Of a stretch of 64,000 nt of DNA, positions 26,777 to 40,785 are shown piece by piece (position 1 is the stretch's first letter; each line of letters opens with the position of its first letter). Origin of the DNA: Eledone cirrhosa. Its lineage: Eukaryota. The position numbers and the translations under genes were made by a program. The notes below the pieces were generated by a model. It had not been told where the DNA came from. It did no database searches and was given only the letters and a program-made list of their open reading frames with translations. The stretch is taken from assembly GCA_964016885.1 (NCBI GenBank), contig OZ024740.1, forward strand, positions 383,284,001 through 383,348,000, in the 5' to 3' direction.

Positions 26777-28804
26777 GACAAGCAGACAGGGGGAAGGAGG
26801 GAGAGTGAGAGAAAGAGAGAGAGAGAGGGGAGAGAGAAAGACACAGAGGGAGAGGGAGAAAGAGAGAGCGAGGGGGAGAGAGATTTGCATTTGTTTCTTT
26901 CCATGTGTATTTAATGAAAGCAGACGATTACTATTCATTTCTTATATAGAAATAAGAAAGATAAAATCTCAATTCATTTCGTTTTCTGAATATTTCCTAT
27001 TTAAACAGTTTTCTGTTGCATACATACATATACTGCATTATTTCTTGCTGATATCTATTTCATGCTATTACTCTTGAAGATGTGTGCCGTTTGTTTAGAT
27101 ACATATCTTGCTATATATCTTCCTAGCTGTATATCTTGCAATAAACATAAATGATTTTGGAATCGCGCCAGAAACATTTTGATTCACCACAAACATTTCA
27201 GATCCCCAAACTGGATATTAGTTAATTGTAGAACTGCAGTAAAACATAGAGAATGAATTGGATTCTTTAACATTTGATATCAATGAAAGATTTTTATATT
27301 CTATATTCTATATACACTTGACGTATATTAAGTGTATCCTTAATTAACCTCTATGGGACTTATTTTGATAAACAATGTGATGAACTTACTATGTATTTGA
27401 ATATAAAACATTTGATATTATACCTGATCGACCCAGGCCTATCGAATTTACAGGTTTAGAGTCCTATCGAATTGATTGTGCCCCTATTTGAAATGACCAG
27501 TATAGTCACATACTCTGCCACATCTAATTTTCTCGATACATTTTGTTACGTTTATACATCGCTATTGAATACTGATCCACGCCTCAGGTTATTTTAACGA
27601 TTAGGCAATTTTATTGAACAGAAACTAGAGGTTCATGTACTTTAGGTTGAATAAAGTATTATTTTCCACCCACAACATTGTTAATTTTTAACTATTCGGA
27701 AATTTGAATATTTTAATTGCGGTAGACTAGTAATCAATTTTCTTTTGGTTCGGTTACTTGATAAAAAGATATTTTATGACCTTTATATTGACTATGTGGA
27801 GAGATGTACAACACAACACAATGCCATATAATGTTATACATTACTAATATTCCCGAAATACTATGATTATATTTTTCATTATTTTCCGATATAAATCAGT
27901 AGATTTATTTGCCAGTGGTAGAAACATTTCTTCAGCCAAATTTAACTGAGTCTTATTCCCTTGTCTGTGCTTTTTATATTCGTTTATTCTGGGATATATG
28001 GTTCGTTTATGATTATATATTAACTTAGAAACATGCCTGTAACTATATTTTAAACTTCAATGTGATTCCCTCTTGCTGAGAGGTTGACCTGTAAAATAGG
28101 CCTAGCATGTTTATCATATATATCAAAAGGATTATTGTAATTATTTTTTGATAGAACATGCATATAACCAGTGACGTTCCATCCATTTTGTGTCCTTATT
28201 TTGTATATCGAGGACTACATTTTGCAATATCTTCTTTCACTGTCAATAAGTTAGGGTTTGGTTTGTTATTTCATGTCTATTTATGTCAGGTAATTCAATA
28301 CGGAGATCCCTGCTCGTCGGCTTGTGATAGTTTAGATGGTATATATTTTTACATGATTATTCCGTTACAAACTGAAAATAGTGCAAGCATAACATTATCG
28401 ATTGTATCCATGTTTTTCATCTTATGTTGTATTGTTATTTGAGAGACGCTGTATCATTGCATAATATTTCATTAGTCTTGTGTATTGGGATTAAATTTGT
28501 GAAAATATATTTTCAAGATAAAGCAACAAAACCGCAAGTCCTGTATCTCCCCCATTGAATTACTACATAGATAAAATCTCCAATGGTATCTATCGCAACA
28601 TGGTATGCAACATTAGTGATTCAAAGTAACTATAGAAATGCAAATGTGCGTGATGAAATGTGTGCAACTAAGAATGTACACGTATGTATATTATCACACA
28701 GAAATATATGAATATATAATATGTATGTATGTATATATATAATTATCTATCTGCCATTCTCTCTCTCCTCCTTTCTTTTTTTCTATGTATATATAAATAA
28801 ATAA

Positions 28805-28940
<136 letters not shown>

Positions 28941-29117
28941 TTCTTTATATATCTATGGACTATCGGAATGTACAACCCGAACATGCTATCTTATAATGAA
29001 AGTTTGTTTATCTGTATTTATATGGTCTCATACACATGATTTAATTATAGTCACCGAAATATAAGTAGTCTATTCTAGTTACCTATATGACAACATTACA
29101 TTATTTGATATATAAAT

Positions 29118-29302
29118 GGGCGGTGGATTGGCAGTATCGGTAGAGGGTCGGACGCCATGCTTTCCAGCATAGTTACATCTCTTTACGATCTGAGTTCAAA
29201 TCCCGCCGAGGTTGACTTTGCCTTTCATCCTTACGGGGTCGATAAAATAAAGTACCAGTAATGCACTGGGTAATTGCTGGCCTTGTGCCTAAAGTAGAAA
29301 CA
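29118..29302 (+). mobile_element. Nin-like tRNA SINE, full length
   Basis: 18-bp TSD ATTATTTGATATATAAAT at 29100-29117 and 29303-29320. Confidence 0.9.
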
Positions 29303-29389
29303 ATTATTTGATATATAAATATTGATAAAAGCGTATTGTTGCAATATTCAGTGAAGTTCATGCACATCGTATTTTCTCTTTTATTGCAG

Positions 29390-30067
29390 AGTGGCCTTGC
29401 AATGCAATTTTAACAAAAAATAACGGAGAATTCGCCACACCAAACTGGCCAAATAACTACCCTGCTAACACTGACTGTAGTTGGATCATCAAAGCCCCAA
29501 TTCATGCATATATAACTTTAAGATTTACGAAAATTGATCTTGAGAATCATGGCCTCGGATTGTGCAATAATCGACTGGACAGCATTCACGTTTACGACGG
29601 AGAGACAACCGATTCAGAAAGAATTGCCACACTTTGTGGAACTAGATTACCTACTACATTTGATTCCACTTCCAATGTTTTATTAATTGTTTTTAAATCA
29701 GATGAACGGGTGGAATTAAGCGGTTTTCATGCTACCTATCGTTTTGTTTTTCCTACCATCCGAACGACGCCCTCACCATTCACAAACGAGAGAATCACTG
29801 AAAATTCCCCAGTGTCTTCGAACAACGTACCTTATACGACAACATTTTTTCCGTCTGGATTACCCGACACACTTTTGACATCTCAACAAAATATGAGTCG
29901 CTCCAAATCAATATCGACGACATCAGCTGCTACCACACCCCCAGTTCCTTCTGGGAAATCACTGACAGCAGCTTACGGCGAACCAACAAAATTTCCATTA
30001 TATGCTGAAAGCGAAAAATTTGTCAGCCAAGTTATCCAGACTACGAGACATGTAATGGACATAAATG
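29390..30067 (+). CDS. Exon: complete CUB domain plus Ser/Thr/Pro-rich stalk
   Basis: Acceptor TTTTCTCTTTTATTGCAG, donor G|GTAAGT; PCNAILTKNNGEFATPNWPNNYPANTDCSWII...DSIHVYDG...LCG...STSNVLLIVFKSD...GFHATY; phase 1 in, matching the exon ending 16943. Confidence 0.92.
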
Positions 30068-31379
30068 GTAAGTAATGTTATTATGCTTTTTTTTATTGTT
30101 GTTTTAGCTAATTTCCCAGTACGATCTTAGCCGCATTGACTAAAGAAAACTACAGTTTAAAAAAAAAATGTATTGTTAATTAACCAACCAAAAATATTTT
30201 ATCTCTTTAATAACATTAGTAAATATTATATAAACACCGAACGTTTACGCTGGGCATACATGGCGGCACGTTTTAAAATATTTCAAGAGTAAACGTGGAT
30301 AGCGTGCAATGTGTATTGATGCCATGATTTGGCTCGCGCAAAAGATTTATCTGAAAATATTGATGTAACATATTGGGAAAAGTATTCCAATTATATATTA
30401 AATTTGTATTCTAAAAATATATTAAATGTAAATTTCATATATATTTTTAATAACAATTACAAAATATGGTAAATGTATATACAACCGTAGTCGATTGATC
30501 CATTTGGCTTTCTTACTCGTTTTCGTTTTCTGGAGATTTACCAATCTTGCAAAATTAATTTTACAAAAATTGGTCTAAAACGTTTTCTGTTGTATCTATG
30601 CTAACTTGGCGAATACAGACTATGTAACCATGAACAGGGATCCTTTGAGCTAAAAAATTAGCATCGACAAGATTATGTTAATTTTAATTCTCTCTAATTC
30701 TTCCCATCCAAATTTAAACTTTTGATTATGTCATGCCCTACTTCCTTAAGACGAAGGGAAATGCCAAAAATGATATAATTTAATTCGAATATTTACATAC
30801 ACTTCCATTCTATATCCTACAAAAATGATTAGCACTATTCCTTTAGTCAGATTCAAATGCTCACCACTCATCCAAGCAACCACATATTCTATTATGAAAT
30901 ATATAAATTTTGATGTGGACGAGAAAAAATATATTTATTTTCTAAAGAGTCCTTGAACTTGTGCGAGTGGTGTCGCTTCAAACAGTCTCTCTTGTTTTGA
31001 GACTCAATGATAGACTACAAATTCATTCTGATATTACATCCGTCGGCATTGTTGTATTTTTCAATGTCTTAGACATTTTGATCAATTGGCCTCTTGTATC
31101 AAGCATGTGTCTCTATGCGATATTCATATTTCAAAACATTCTGTGGCATTGTTATTGTTTTTGTTGCTATTGTCGTTAATTTTCTCGTTATTGATCCTTT
31201 CGTGCGTGTTGTTTGTTTGTTTATTTCTAAAATATTTCGTATAGTTGTAGTTGTTGTGGTGACGTTGACGGCGGTGATAGTATTGTTGTTATATCTTTTT
31301 TTTATTTTGTTGGTATTATGAAGATGGTGTCGGCCATGTAAGGACTTTGAAATGCATGGGAAACGCTTTTGTATATTTT

Positions 31380-31380
<1 letters not shown>

Positions 31381-31434
<54 letters not shown>

Positions 31435-31438
31435 TGAT

Positions 31439-31493
<55 letters not shown>
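31381..31493. repeat. (GTA)n trinucleotide microsatellite
   Basis: Directly visible. Confidence 0.95.
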
Positions 31494-31574
31494 CGCCAAG
31501 TAATGGAAACGATGTTTTTACAATTCAGGACAGGATCAGGTTTGATTTACTTTTGCCAGCTGGATCGAGTGTAC

Positions 31575-31851
31575 GGCAAAAGGCCAGACGGTATGACCAT
31601 TTTTCCGTTACGCGGTGGCAAACCTCTGGTCTGGTGGCAAACCCCTGGCAATGGAGACTTCTGGTGCCCTTGGCCCTAGGGCTACCTCCCTATTAACCAC
31701 CATAGGCGTTGAGCTGGCCAGTCGCAGGTGTGAGCATCGCGAGTTGGAATGTCTCTTCCGGTGCATCTCCCTTACCATCCTCCGAGGAAACGATTTCTTC
31801 ATTCTGGTGAAGCCAGCACGCGGGGCCCTATTTGCTCACCATACGGATTAA
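31575..31851 (+). mobile_element. CRE-like non-LTR retrotransposon 3' fragment (restriction-like endonuclease)
   Basis: GKRPDGMTIFP...METSGALGPRA...ISLTILRGN; homologous to 43194-43461. Confidence 0.7.
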
Positions 31852-33861
31852 GACATATAACCACTCTTTTTCTTTTATTTACTCTTTACGATCTCTTTTG
31901 CAATTAATCACTAGTTCTAATGATTTAAAAAAAATGCAGGGGACTCATTTTCCTAATGAGTAGAACCCTCACTGATTTGAAAACGCATAGAACCTGTCTC
32001 GAAAAAGCATCTAGCCAGAACTCTCGAATAGAGTAACTTCATATCTTCAAACTAGATACATATATTTCTAATATTGACTGTATAAAAAGTAGTATAGATG
32101 ATAAAATTAAACCAATATATTACTGTTATTGGTTTTGCTTATCTCGAAATCGTGAATTCTGACTAAATAACTACATGATTTTAAATTACACGAAAGAAAC
32201 CTGCCAGTTTCATATTATTTTTGATGTCTCCTAAATTAAAAAAAGATCTGCAGGAATATAATAAAATATAGGAGATGCATCCTTGATAAATCTATGGTTC
32301 TTGGTCAATGTGAAAAACCATTTGTGCAAACAAGCATTATCACTTCTGTATTATTAACTGAACTTCAATAATCTGTTCTAGTTAATCGTTTACAAAACAA
32401 CTTACTTAAATAACCAACATTATAATTATAATAATCAATTAAATAAGACATCATTTGACTTCATTGTTTATAGTGTCTGTTTCTCTCTAAATCTACTCGT
32501 AAGAAGCAAGGAAACATACAAAACTTGTATTGGATGTTTACCCCACATACATACATAGCTATACATATATGCATATATAAACATACATGCATCATGTTAT
32601 CTTTATCATTATTGAATAATCTTCGCGAATCTCTCAAAATATTACGATTTGAATCACATTTTCGATCAGTCAATCGACAGCATTCAGAAAATTTAGCATA
32701 GTTTCCTTTCAATAGAAACGTAGTGTTTTTATCGAAATACGCCAACTTCTTTAGAAATTGATTTTGCCCGAAGTAGAAAAGCGTTTCTAAAGACAGAAGT
32801 GACCAATAAAAGCGTATGCTGTTATCAGAAGCGTGGCAGCTAGTAGAAATGATCACTTACGTATTTTCCGTTTCACTGTGAACAATAAATGTGATTGCAC
32901 ATTCCTTTATTTGCTTAGTCTCATAACAACACAATATACAAATAATTTACTCAAGACAAACGCATAATTAACTGGTTAGAAATTCAACGAAAGCTCTGTT
33001 TTATTGATCTAATAGAAATATTAAATAACACATTTTCTACTTACTTTTCCAACAGCTGTGAGGATTTCAGGACTTGTTCTGAAGCAACATATTTAGAGCT
33101 TTGAAACTTAATCCTATTCACAAATGTAATGATTAATGTTCTTGAGATCAAATCAATCAGAGGTTCGTTTTGTATTATCATTTCTGAATGTTCGATTAAA
33201 TGTGGAAAAACATCAGTTAATAAGTGGTGAGTGAAAAGAAAACGCAAGGCGTAATGGGAAGTATCGAAGCTCAATTGTCAATATTTTTTAAGATAACGAA
33301 CTCTTTCAAATGGTCTGAGGTTGCAGTATGATAAAGTTGTGTGGTAGTAACTAGGTATCCAATTGTTCAAATTGACAAACTTGATAGTGAATTATTCAAA
33401 GACAGTGTTCACGACTAATATCTTAGCTCATAATAACTTCCTTTATTTATTTTTGAGTAGGTACTTTGCAACGTGCTTATTGCTTTAGATATTAATTTTT
33501 GTTTAAAATGTGGTGAATTGATAGAATTAGTAGAACATTTGCTAAAATGCTGTTGCAATATTGGTTCCGGCTCGTTACGTTCTCTGACCAAATTCTGCCC
33601 TGTTCAACTTTACCTTTCATCCGTCCGTACTGGAGTCGAATGTCCACACAGTGCGATGAGAGCCGAGCTTCTAACGACTCTGAAAACTCGTCGCCTTCTT
33701 ACTATTGATTAAGCATCCTTTAATCCATCTCATTAGTGCATGTCAAAAGTGAATACTGATGATACAATTGTAATTTATTGTCTGCTAGTGCATGGGATTT
33801 AGCAAACTATGGTTCTTATTTACTGGAAACATACTGAACCAGCGACCCGTGAGAAGGGATG

Positions 33862-33956
33862 CAACAGCAACAACAACTACTGCTACTACTACTATTACTG
33901 CTCCTGCTGCTGCTACTACTACTACTACTACTACTGCTACTACTACTACTACCACC

Positions 33957-34022
<66 letters not shown>
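33862..34022. repeat. (CTA)n/(CAA)n/(CCA)n microsatellite
   Basis: Directly visible. Confidence 0.95.
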
Positions 34023-34073
34023 GTTGTTGTTCTTAATATTATTTTAATATTAATATTACTATTGTTCTTATTG

Positions 34074-34190
34074 CCCCGCGGTCAATTCTGACTTTCATCC
34101 TTCCGCGATTGACACAATATAGTATCAGTCAGTTACTTGGGTCAATGTAATCAATTTACACCCTCCCTGAAATCCTGGCCTTATACCAAT
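34074..34190 (+). mobile_element. Degenerate Nin-like SINE 3' part
   Basis: CTTTCATCCTTCCGCGATTGAC...TGGGTCAATGTAATCAATT...CTGGCCTTATACC resembles 17450-17575. Confidence 0.55.
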
Positions 34191-34512
34191 TATCCTGTAA
34201 TCTACACTGTATTAGTTGTGATTTTACTGGTATTGTTCACTGAAGTTAATCCTCAAGTCACGTACACAATATAGGTATATCGGCCTGAAACTTTATGAAT
34301 TACTTCGATGCAAAAAATTGTATGACTTATACTACACACGTATTGGGAAGAGCAATGTCTCGTTAAGAATGATATCCCACCTTGTAGGATGTTTGCGCGC
34401 GCGTGTGTGTGGCTGGCTATCTTTTATTTACATATATATATATATATATATGTGTGTGTGTATGGTTATGCATTTCTATATGTGTGTGTATGTATATATA
34501 TATGTGTATGTG

Positions 34513-34567
<55 letters not shown>

Positions 34568-34575
34568 AAGTATGA

Positions 34576-34669
34576 CCCCGACGGCAGAGCTCAAGCCGTT
34601 TCAACAGCTATTTCTGGAGTAAATTAGAATTTTTAGCCTGGTGAATAAATAACCGAACTTTTCAAGGGG
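34576..34669 (-). ncRNA. Hammerhead ribozyme, U3-A8 core variant, family B
   Basis: Reverse complement: CCCC-TTGAAAA-stem II (CGGTTATTT/AAATAGCTG, large loop)-GAAA-CGGC ttgagctct GCCG-TC-GGGG. Confidence 0.65.
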
Positions 34670-36781
34670 GTACATCCTTATATGGGAAGATTGTAGTTGT
34701 CAAGAGGATTGGTTAAAATGTGTTGTAAACACAAATATGTGTATCATGGCATTTGGTGGGGGGGGGGTAAGGTGGCTGAACTTGCCTGTAGAACAATAGG
34801 GGATGAGTGGATCGGTCAAGCGTTGACATTGATATGTATACATCAGATTCTAAGAATAGTGTATGAAGTGAGGTTATAGAATAGGTAAATCGAAAGAGAG
34901 TAGGAGACAATAAAAGATACTAGAAATAAATAAATAAAAAATAAAAAAAATATATAAAATTAGATAATGAGAAATGAATAAAGAAATCATAATGCTATCT
35001 TACAATTACAGGTTAATAAGTTGAGAATAGAAAAAAACTTATAGAAAATACAAAACATATACAAACGTAAAGGGGTTTTTAACACATCTGCAATAGGTAG
35101 TTAGTAAAACGTATACGGCCAATTCTATCATTTTCGAAAATGATCTGTACTACCCATACAGGAAACCAAACGACAACCTGCGCTACATCCACCACCGCTC
35201 TAACCATCCTAGAAACATCACCAATAACCTGGTTAAAAACATCTCCCTCCGCATATCTCATTTGTCTGCTAATGAGCAGATATTCGACGAACACGCGCTC
35301 ATTACAATCAGGCCCTCAAGCGGAGTGGGTTCCGGGAGGAAATATCCTTTTATTCAGCTTCCCTTAGCGGAAACAGCAGGCGACACCGCCGCTCACGCAA
35401 CGTAACGTGGTACGATCCTCCCCACAATGCCGAGTTGGCAACACCTATCGGGAAAATCTTCTTTAGACTCCTCGAAAAACACTTCCCACTGAAACACCGC
35501 TAGCACATCATAATCAACAAAAACAGAATCAAACTGTCCTACATAACCACACCTAACTTCGCACATAACATCGTCTCCTCAAACAACAAAAAACTCAAAC
35601 CCTATGGAAGAAATAACCTAGACATCAGTGGAGAGCCGACCAGGAGGTGTAACTGCCCTGATAGATCCACGTACCCCCTCAACAACAAATGCCGAAAACG
35701 TAACATGATCTACCAGTGCAACGTGAGGAAGGACACCTCCAACAAAGCTTATATAGGATTAACCGCGTGTGACTTAAATCATTGCTATACCAACACCGAC
35801 ACACTCTCCGAAACCCGGTTCGGCGACATGCCACTATATTTTCAGGCCACATCTGAGACCTCTAAGATAACAATATAACCTACAATCTCACTTGGAGCTT
35901 ACTGTCCAGAGCTAACCCTTACACGGGAGGACGCTGTCCGTGTAACGTATGCTCGGAGGAAACATTACAAATGGTGTTTTCGAAGGACCAACTCCGAAAC
36001 AAAAAAGATGAACTGGTAACCGCATGCAAACACAGATTGCGTAGGACTTACCTCGCCCTCAAACCATATAACGACCCGGGGGGGGGGGGGGGGATTAACG
36101 GCTGATCCCCTCCCCCCCGTCACACACACACTTGCCGAGTAAGTTAGAGGAAACCCCCAGCTTACATAGATAAATATATCTCTTTTCTTTTCCCCTTTGT
36201 CTCCTTCTTCCCCCTGTCTCATCCTATCACTTCCTTCCATCCCCTATTTTCTTCCTCGTCTGCTTTCCCCTTTCGCCTACCCCGATGCAGCCCGTCGGGC
36301 CGTGTAGCATCAGTTCCCCCACCCCTGTTATTTTAAGATAGAATTGGCCGAATACGTTTTACTAACTACTTATAGCAGATGTATTAAAAACCCCTTTAAG
36401 TTTGTATCTGTTTTGTGTTTTCTATAATTTTTTTCTATTCTCAACTTATTAACCTGTAATTGTAAGATAGCATTGTGATTTCTTTATTCATTTCTTACTA
36501 TCTAATTTTATATATTTTTTAATTTTTTTATTTATTTCTAGTATATTTTATTGTCTCCTACTCTCTTTCGATTTACCTATTCTAAAACCTCCCTCCCTCA
36601 CCTTAGAATCTGATGTATACATATCACTTTCAACGCTTGTCCGCTCCACTCATCTCTAATTGTTCTACAGGCAAGTTCAGCCACCCCTACAACCGACCAA
36701 AGGCCACGATAGAGTTATTTGTGTTTACAACAAATTTTAACCAATGCTCTTGACAACTACAACTTCCATTATAAGGAAGTA

Positions 36782-36877
36782 CCCCTTTGAAAAGTTCGGC
36801 TATTTATTCACCAGGCTAAACATTCTTATTTGGTCCAGAAATAGCCGGCGAAACGGCTTGAGCTATGCCGTCGAGGT
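36782..36877 (+). ncRNA. Hammerhead ribozyme, U3-A8 core variant, family B
   Basis: TTGAAAA 36787-36793; stem II CGGCTATTT/AAATAGCCG; GAAA 36850-36853; stem III ACGGC/GCCGT; GUC ending 36872; stem I has a mismatch. Confidence 0.65.
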
Positions 36878-36969
36878 CATACTTTTTTCCTATTACCCAC
36901 TCTTCTACCCTAAGTATTGAGTATTCTGTTGCGTTATGGTCCACTTGGTTCCTTGCCACAATTCCTTAG

Positions 36970-37059
<90 letters not shown>

Positions 37060-37210
37060 GGAGGGTCATATTTGCGTAATATTGCCAGAATTAATAACAG
37101 AACACACTCACTGTTTGGTTGGTTTTCGCTTCTCGCTGTCTTTTATATATATATATCTGCGATCTAACTTACTCGGTCCTCAATGTTGCCATTTATTTAT
37201 ATATATACAA

Positions 37211-37278
<68 letters not shown>

Positions 37279-37282
37279 ACGA

Positions 37283-37545
37283 AGGCGCATGGCTTAGTGG
37301 TTAAAGCATTGGGCTTGCAATAGAAAGGTTATGAGTACAATTCTGGGACCGAGTGATGTGTTGTTTCCTCGAGCAAAACACTCTATTTCACGTTGCTCCA
37401 GTTTACATCAGCTGTAGAAATGAGTACCGGTCTGCCCGCCCAGCCAGTGGGATGGCCTTATCTTATGGCTAAAACAGCACGACGTGCTGTAACCAGCGGC
37501 GCCGATTGGCGCCCGACAGACTGGTTGGTCAAAGTGATATAAAAA
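37283..37545 (+). mobile_element. Second tRNA-derived SINE family (CORE/Meta-like body)
   Basis: A-box-like TGGCTTAGTGG, degenerate B-box GAGTACAATTC, body CTCGAGCAAAACACT...TTGCTCCAGT...AAATGAGTACC. Confidence 0.6.
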
Positions 37546-37619
<74 letters not shown>

Positions 37620-37620
37620 T

Positions 37621-37671
37621 GAAATAGCCGTCGAAACGTCTTGAGCTCTGCCGTGGGGGGTCATAATTTTT

Positions 37672-37706
<35 letters not shown>

Positions 37707-37905
37707 CAAAGGAATTGTGGTAAGGAACCAGATGGACCATAACGCACCAGATTACTCAAAACGTAGGGTAGTAGAGTGGGAAATAGGAAACAGTATAACC
37801 CCGACGGCAGAGCTCAAGCCGTTTCGACGGCTATTTCTGGAATTCTGCGTCCAGAAATAGCCGTCGAAACGGATTGAGTTCTGCCGTCTGGGTCATACTT
37901 TTTCC

Positions 37906-37907
<2 letters not shown>
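37621..37907. mobile_element. Family B half-arm (37621-37676) plus fold-back mini-element (37704-37907)
   Basis: Hairpin 37783-37907 with loop about 37842-37849; all junctions are in (TA)n. Confidence 0.8.
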
Positions 37908-37936
<29 letters not shown>

Positions 37937-39145
37937 AAGAAGTTTAGGTATGATATATCTTATTACTAATTATATCTAATGTTTCTTCTCATTTCATAAT
38001 GTAATATAAATATATATATATTCTTTTTGTGTGTGTGTGTGGGGGGGGGGGTCTGTAAATTATAATCAATGTGGTGTGTTAACTGACTTACCAATGTATA
38101 CAGTGAATTTATTTGCCCTAATTGTCAGCAACACACTTGGCATATATCAGAAACCATACTGAAGGAAAAGGAAAAACAATAAAAATAACAATATTTAGGA
38201 ATGGTTATAGGCAATTTCACACAGACACTAGGGTACCGAGAAGTACTAACGATCCCTAAACCACATGCTAGCGATGAATATATTGTTGTGAGCCGTAAAG
38301 TAACGCCTGCTATTCGATCACTGTTATATATGTTTATCCAGAATAGAGGAACTCCTAATAGCGTATGTTGTGTACATATTTATCAACAGCTCTAATAGTT
38401 TTACTAACACTATTTTCTCTCTCGTTGATCCTTAGGAAATTAAAATAAGAAATGTCATTGAAAATCAATTACATTAACCTATACAAGCGCATGCTTCAAT
38501 TACTTTGCACAATCATTATTTGATTATTAAACAATTTATACCATCCTGCCTGGTAAACATTGTACTGATCCGCCAGCTGATCATACAAATTAGATACGGT
38601 TTGATCGGTCACTGTAATGTCGATATCCTCTAATAAACTAAGTTGTAGTAATTTGCTGTCTCCGTAAGATATTGAGCAAATTAGGCATTGTGATTTTGCA
38701 ACTTATTTGAAACATTGAAGCGAATTGTCTGTGATATTTTCTAATACAGAGTATTAACATGAAAGTGAATATGTCTTGTCCAATATTGGTAAACAGCTCT
38801 ATGAACACCACAAGGTAGGGGACGAGCTGCATACAAGATATGGTTTCGATTCCCCACTCGAAAGAAATCAACGTTTTCAGCTTCTGTGATGCTTGTCCGT
38901 AGATCTAGTTCGAGACGTAATGGGCACCGATAAATTGAGTTCTCTTTCTTGCATAACCGAATAAACAAATAAACTGTTCGTATGAACTCTTGGTTTACAG
39001 AACATTTTCATGGGGAAGTCACAATCTCAATTCGATATTCATGCATCAGACCTAATAACTCATGAAAACTCATATGTCATATGATTAGTCATTATCTCCA
39101 ACGAACTGCCCGATGCCATAGACTATGTAACTGTGTGTATGATTA

Positions 39146-40785
39146 CACCGTGTAACAAAACACGTTTGTTTCTCTGTTCCTGGCTTGTAATCACTTTTTT
39201 TATGTTTCTTAGGTCTCAATTAAATAAAAAAGTGCTATTAAACAGTTAAAAGATTGTGTTTGTAAAAATTCTAAGCTATTCACTAGAATTATGTGTGTGC
39301 TGGATTTTACGTTGTATGTAAGTTTAATTTGCTTATGTTAAATGACTTGTTTTTATATATGTTTCAGGTTAAATTAAAATTATAAAATAAAGTGTAATAC
39401 CTAAAGAAAATTATAAAAGTGCAATAAAGTATACAATTGTTAAAAAGTGGATTAAAAAGATTTATTGATACTGGATTTTCGCACCCTGAATAAAGGGTAA
39501 GTTCTGTTTTAAGCATTCGTCTCCAGGATGAAGCAGTGGAACTTGGTAAAGGAGGAAGGGCAGGTGACAAGTCAGAGAAGTCGACACGAACTTTTCTCAG
39601 GCTTTTACACACTTAGGGATGGCCTCTGCTTCTGCCATGACGTGTCTGGACTGTTTGACGTTATTGGGGTGCCGTTTGTGCCCAAAGAGTGGCGGCTATT
39701 TATAGACAGCTCCACCACAAGTTTGAAGGCTGTCCTCCTCCACAATGGAAACAAGTTCACAACACTCCCCCTAGCTCATTCAGTCTGATTGAAGGAAGAT
39801 TACTACAGTGTGAAAGTCCTCTTGGAAGCTCTGCAATACAACCAGTTTAATTGGGAAATCATTGGAGACTTCAAGATGGTGGCTTTCCTGCATGGACTCC
39901 AAGGAGACTTTATCAAATTCCAATGCTTCCTCTGCCTTTGGGACAGCAGAGCCACCTCTGACCACTACAAAAGAAAGAACTGGGAGCAGCGAACAGAATT
40001 TGTAGTTGGGACCCGGAACGTCATGTGGAGCCACTGGTTGATCCCAGGATTGTGCTCATGCCGCCACTGCACATTAAGTTGGGGTTGATGAAGCAGTTTG
40101 TGAAGGTTCTCAATCAAGAATCAGCCGCTTTTAAGTACCTTCTTGAGTTCTTCCCCAAGTTATCTGAGACCAAAATCAAAGGTGGTATTTTTGTTGGGCC
40201 TCAGATAAAGTAGGTGTTTGAGTCTACCGAGTTCTCCAATAAGCTCAATAGGATTGAGAGAACAGCATGGAACTGTTTCAAGGCAGTTGTTAAGGGCTTC
40301 CTGGGCAACTACAGAGCTGAAAACTACCAGCAACTGGTGCAAGATCTGATAAACGCTTTTGGCTCCATGGGATGCAGGTTGTCGCTTAAACTCCATATGC
40401 TGTACGCTTACCTGGAAAAATAAATGATGGGGCACTATATCTGGGGTCTAGTGCGGGAATGCGACCTGGACTACAACCGCAAATCCAGGAAATCCAGTCA
40501 TTGCTGACGTGTATAAGTGTTATTTGCTTTATAAGTGTTATTTGTTTTTTACTTATTTGCTTTTGATAAGCTTGTGTAATAAAATAAATATATACTCTGT
40601 TGATTTAATTATATGAACTGCTAAATTTAAAAAAAAAACGTGTTTTTTCTTTAAAAATATGAAAATTTCGAAATATCAAACTTTTGACCCCAAACCCAAA
40701 ATTCTGATTAAATTATAATTCTGTTCTTTTATAATAATGGGAAATGACACTTAGAACCGGGGACCAATTAATATGTTAATCGGTG
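39146..40785 (+). mobile_element. Chapaev3-like (CMC superfamily) DNA transposon, defective
   Basis: Transposase remnants 39528-40506: LFIDSS..SLKAVLLHNGN, GDFKMV, CFLCLWDSR, PPLHIKLGLMKQFVK, GIFVGPQI, with stops and frameshifts; imperfect TIRs CACCG..TAACA; TTA TSD at 39143-39145 and 40786-40788. Confidence 0.75.

Larger units (their letters stand above)
34564..36971 (+). mobile_element. 5'-truncated Penelope-like element (Naiad-like) with inverted pseudo-LTR
   Basis: Degenerate coding 35157-36060: YRKPNDNLRYIHHRSNHP (RT thumb), WYDPP..TPIGKIF, CNCx5(Y)x5C linker, MIYQ...YIGLT (GIY-YIG); inverted arms 34564-35129 / 36337-36889; (TA)n on both sides. Confidence 0.85.

Noticed and set aside
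28289-28340. GDPCS peptide echoing the CUB exon
   Set aside because: No other CUB residues; likely chance
31914-31993. CTAATGA...GAAAACGCATAGAAC hammerhead-like stretch
   Set aside because: Core and stems are mutated; cannot be supported
32400-33400. Possible minus-strand PLE RT remnant
   Set aside because: Only vague motif echoes; needs a translated HMM search
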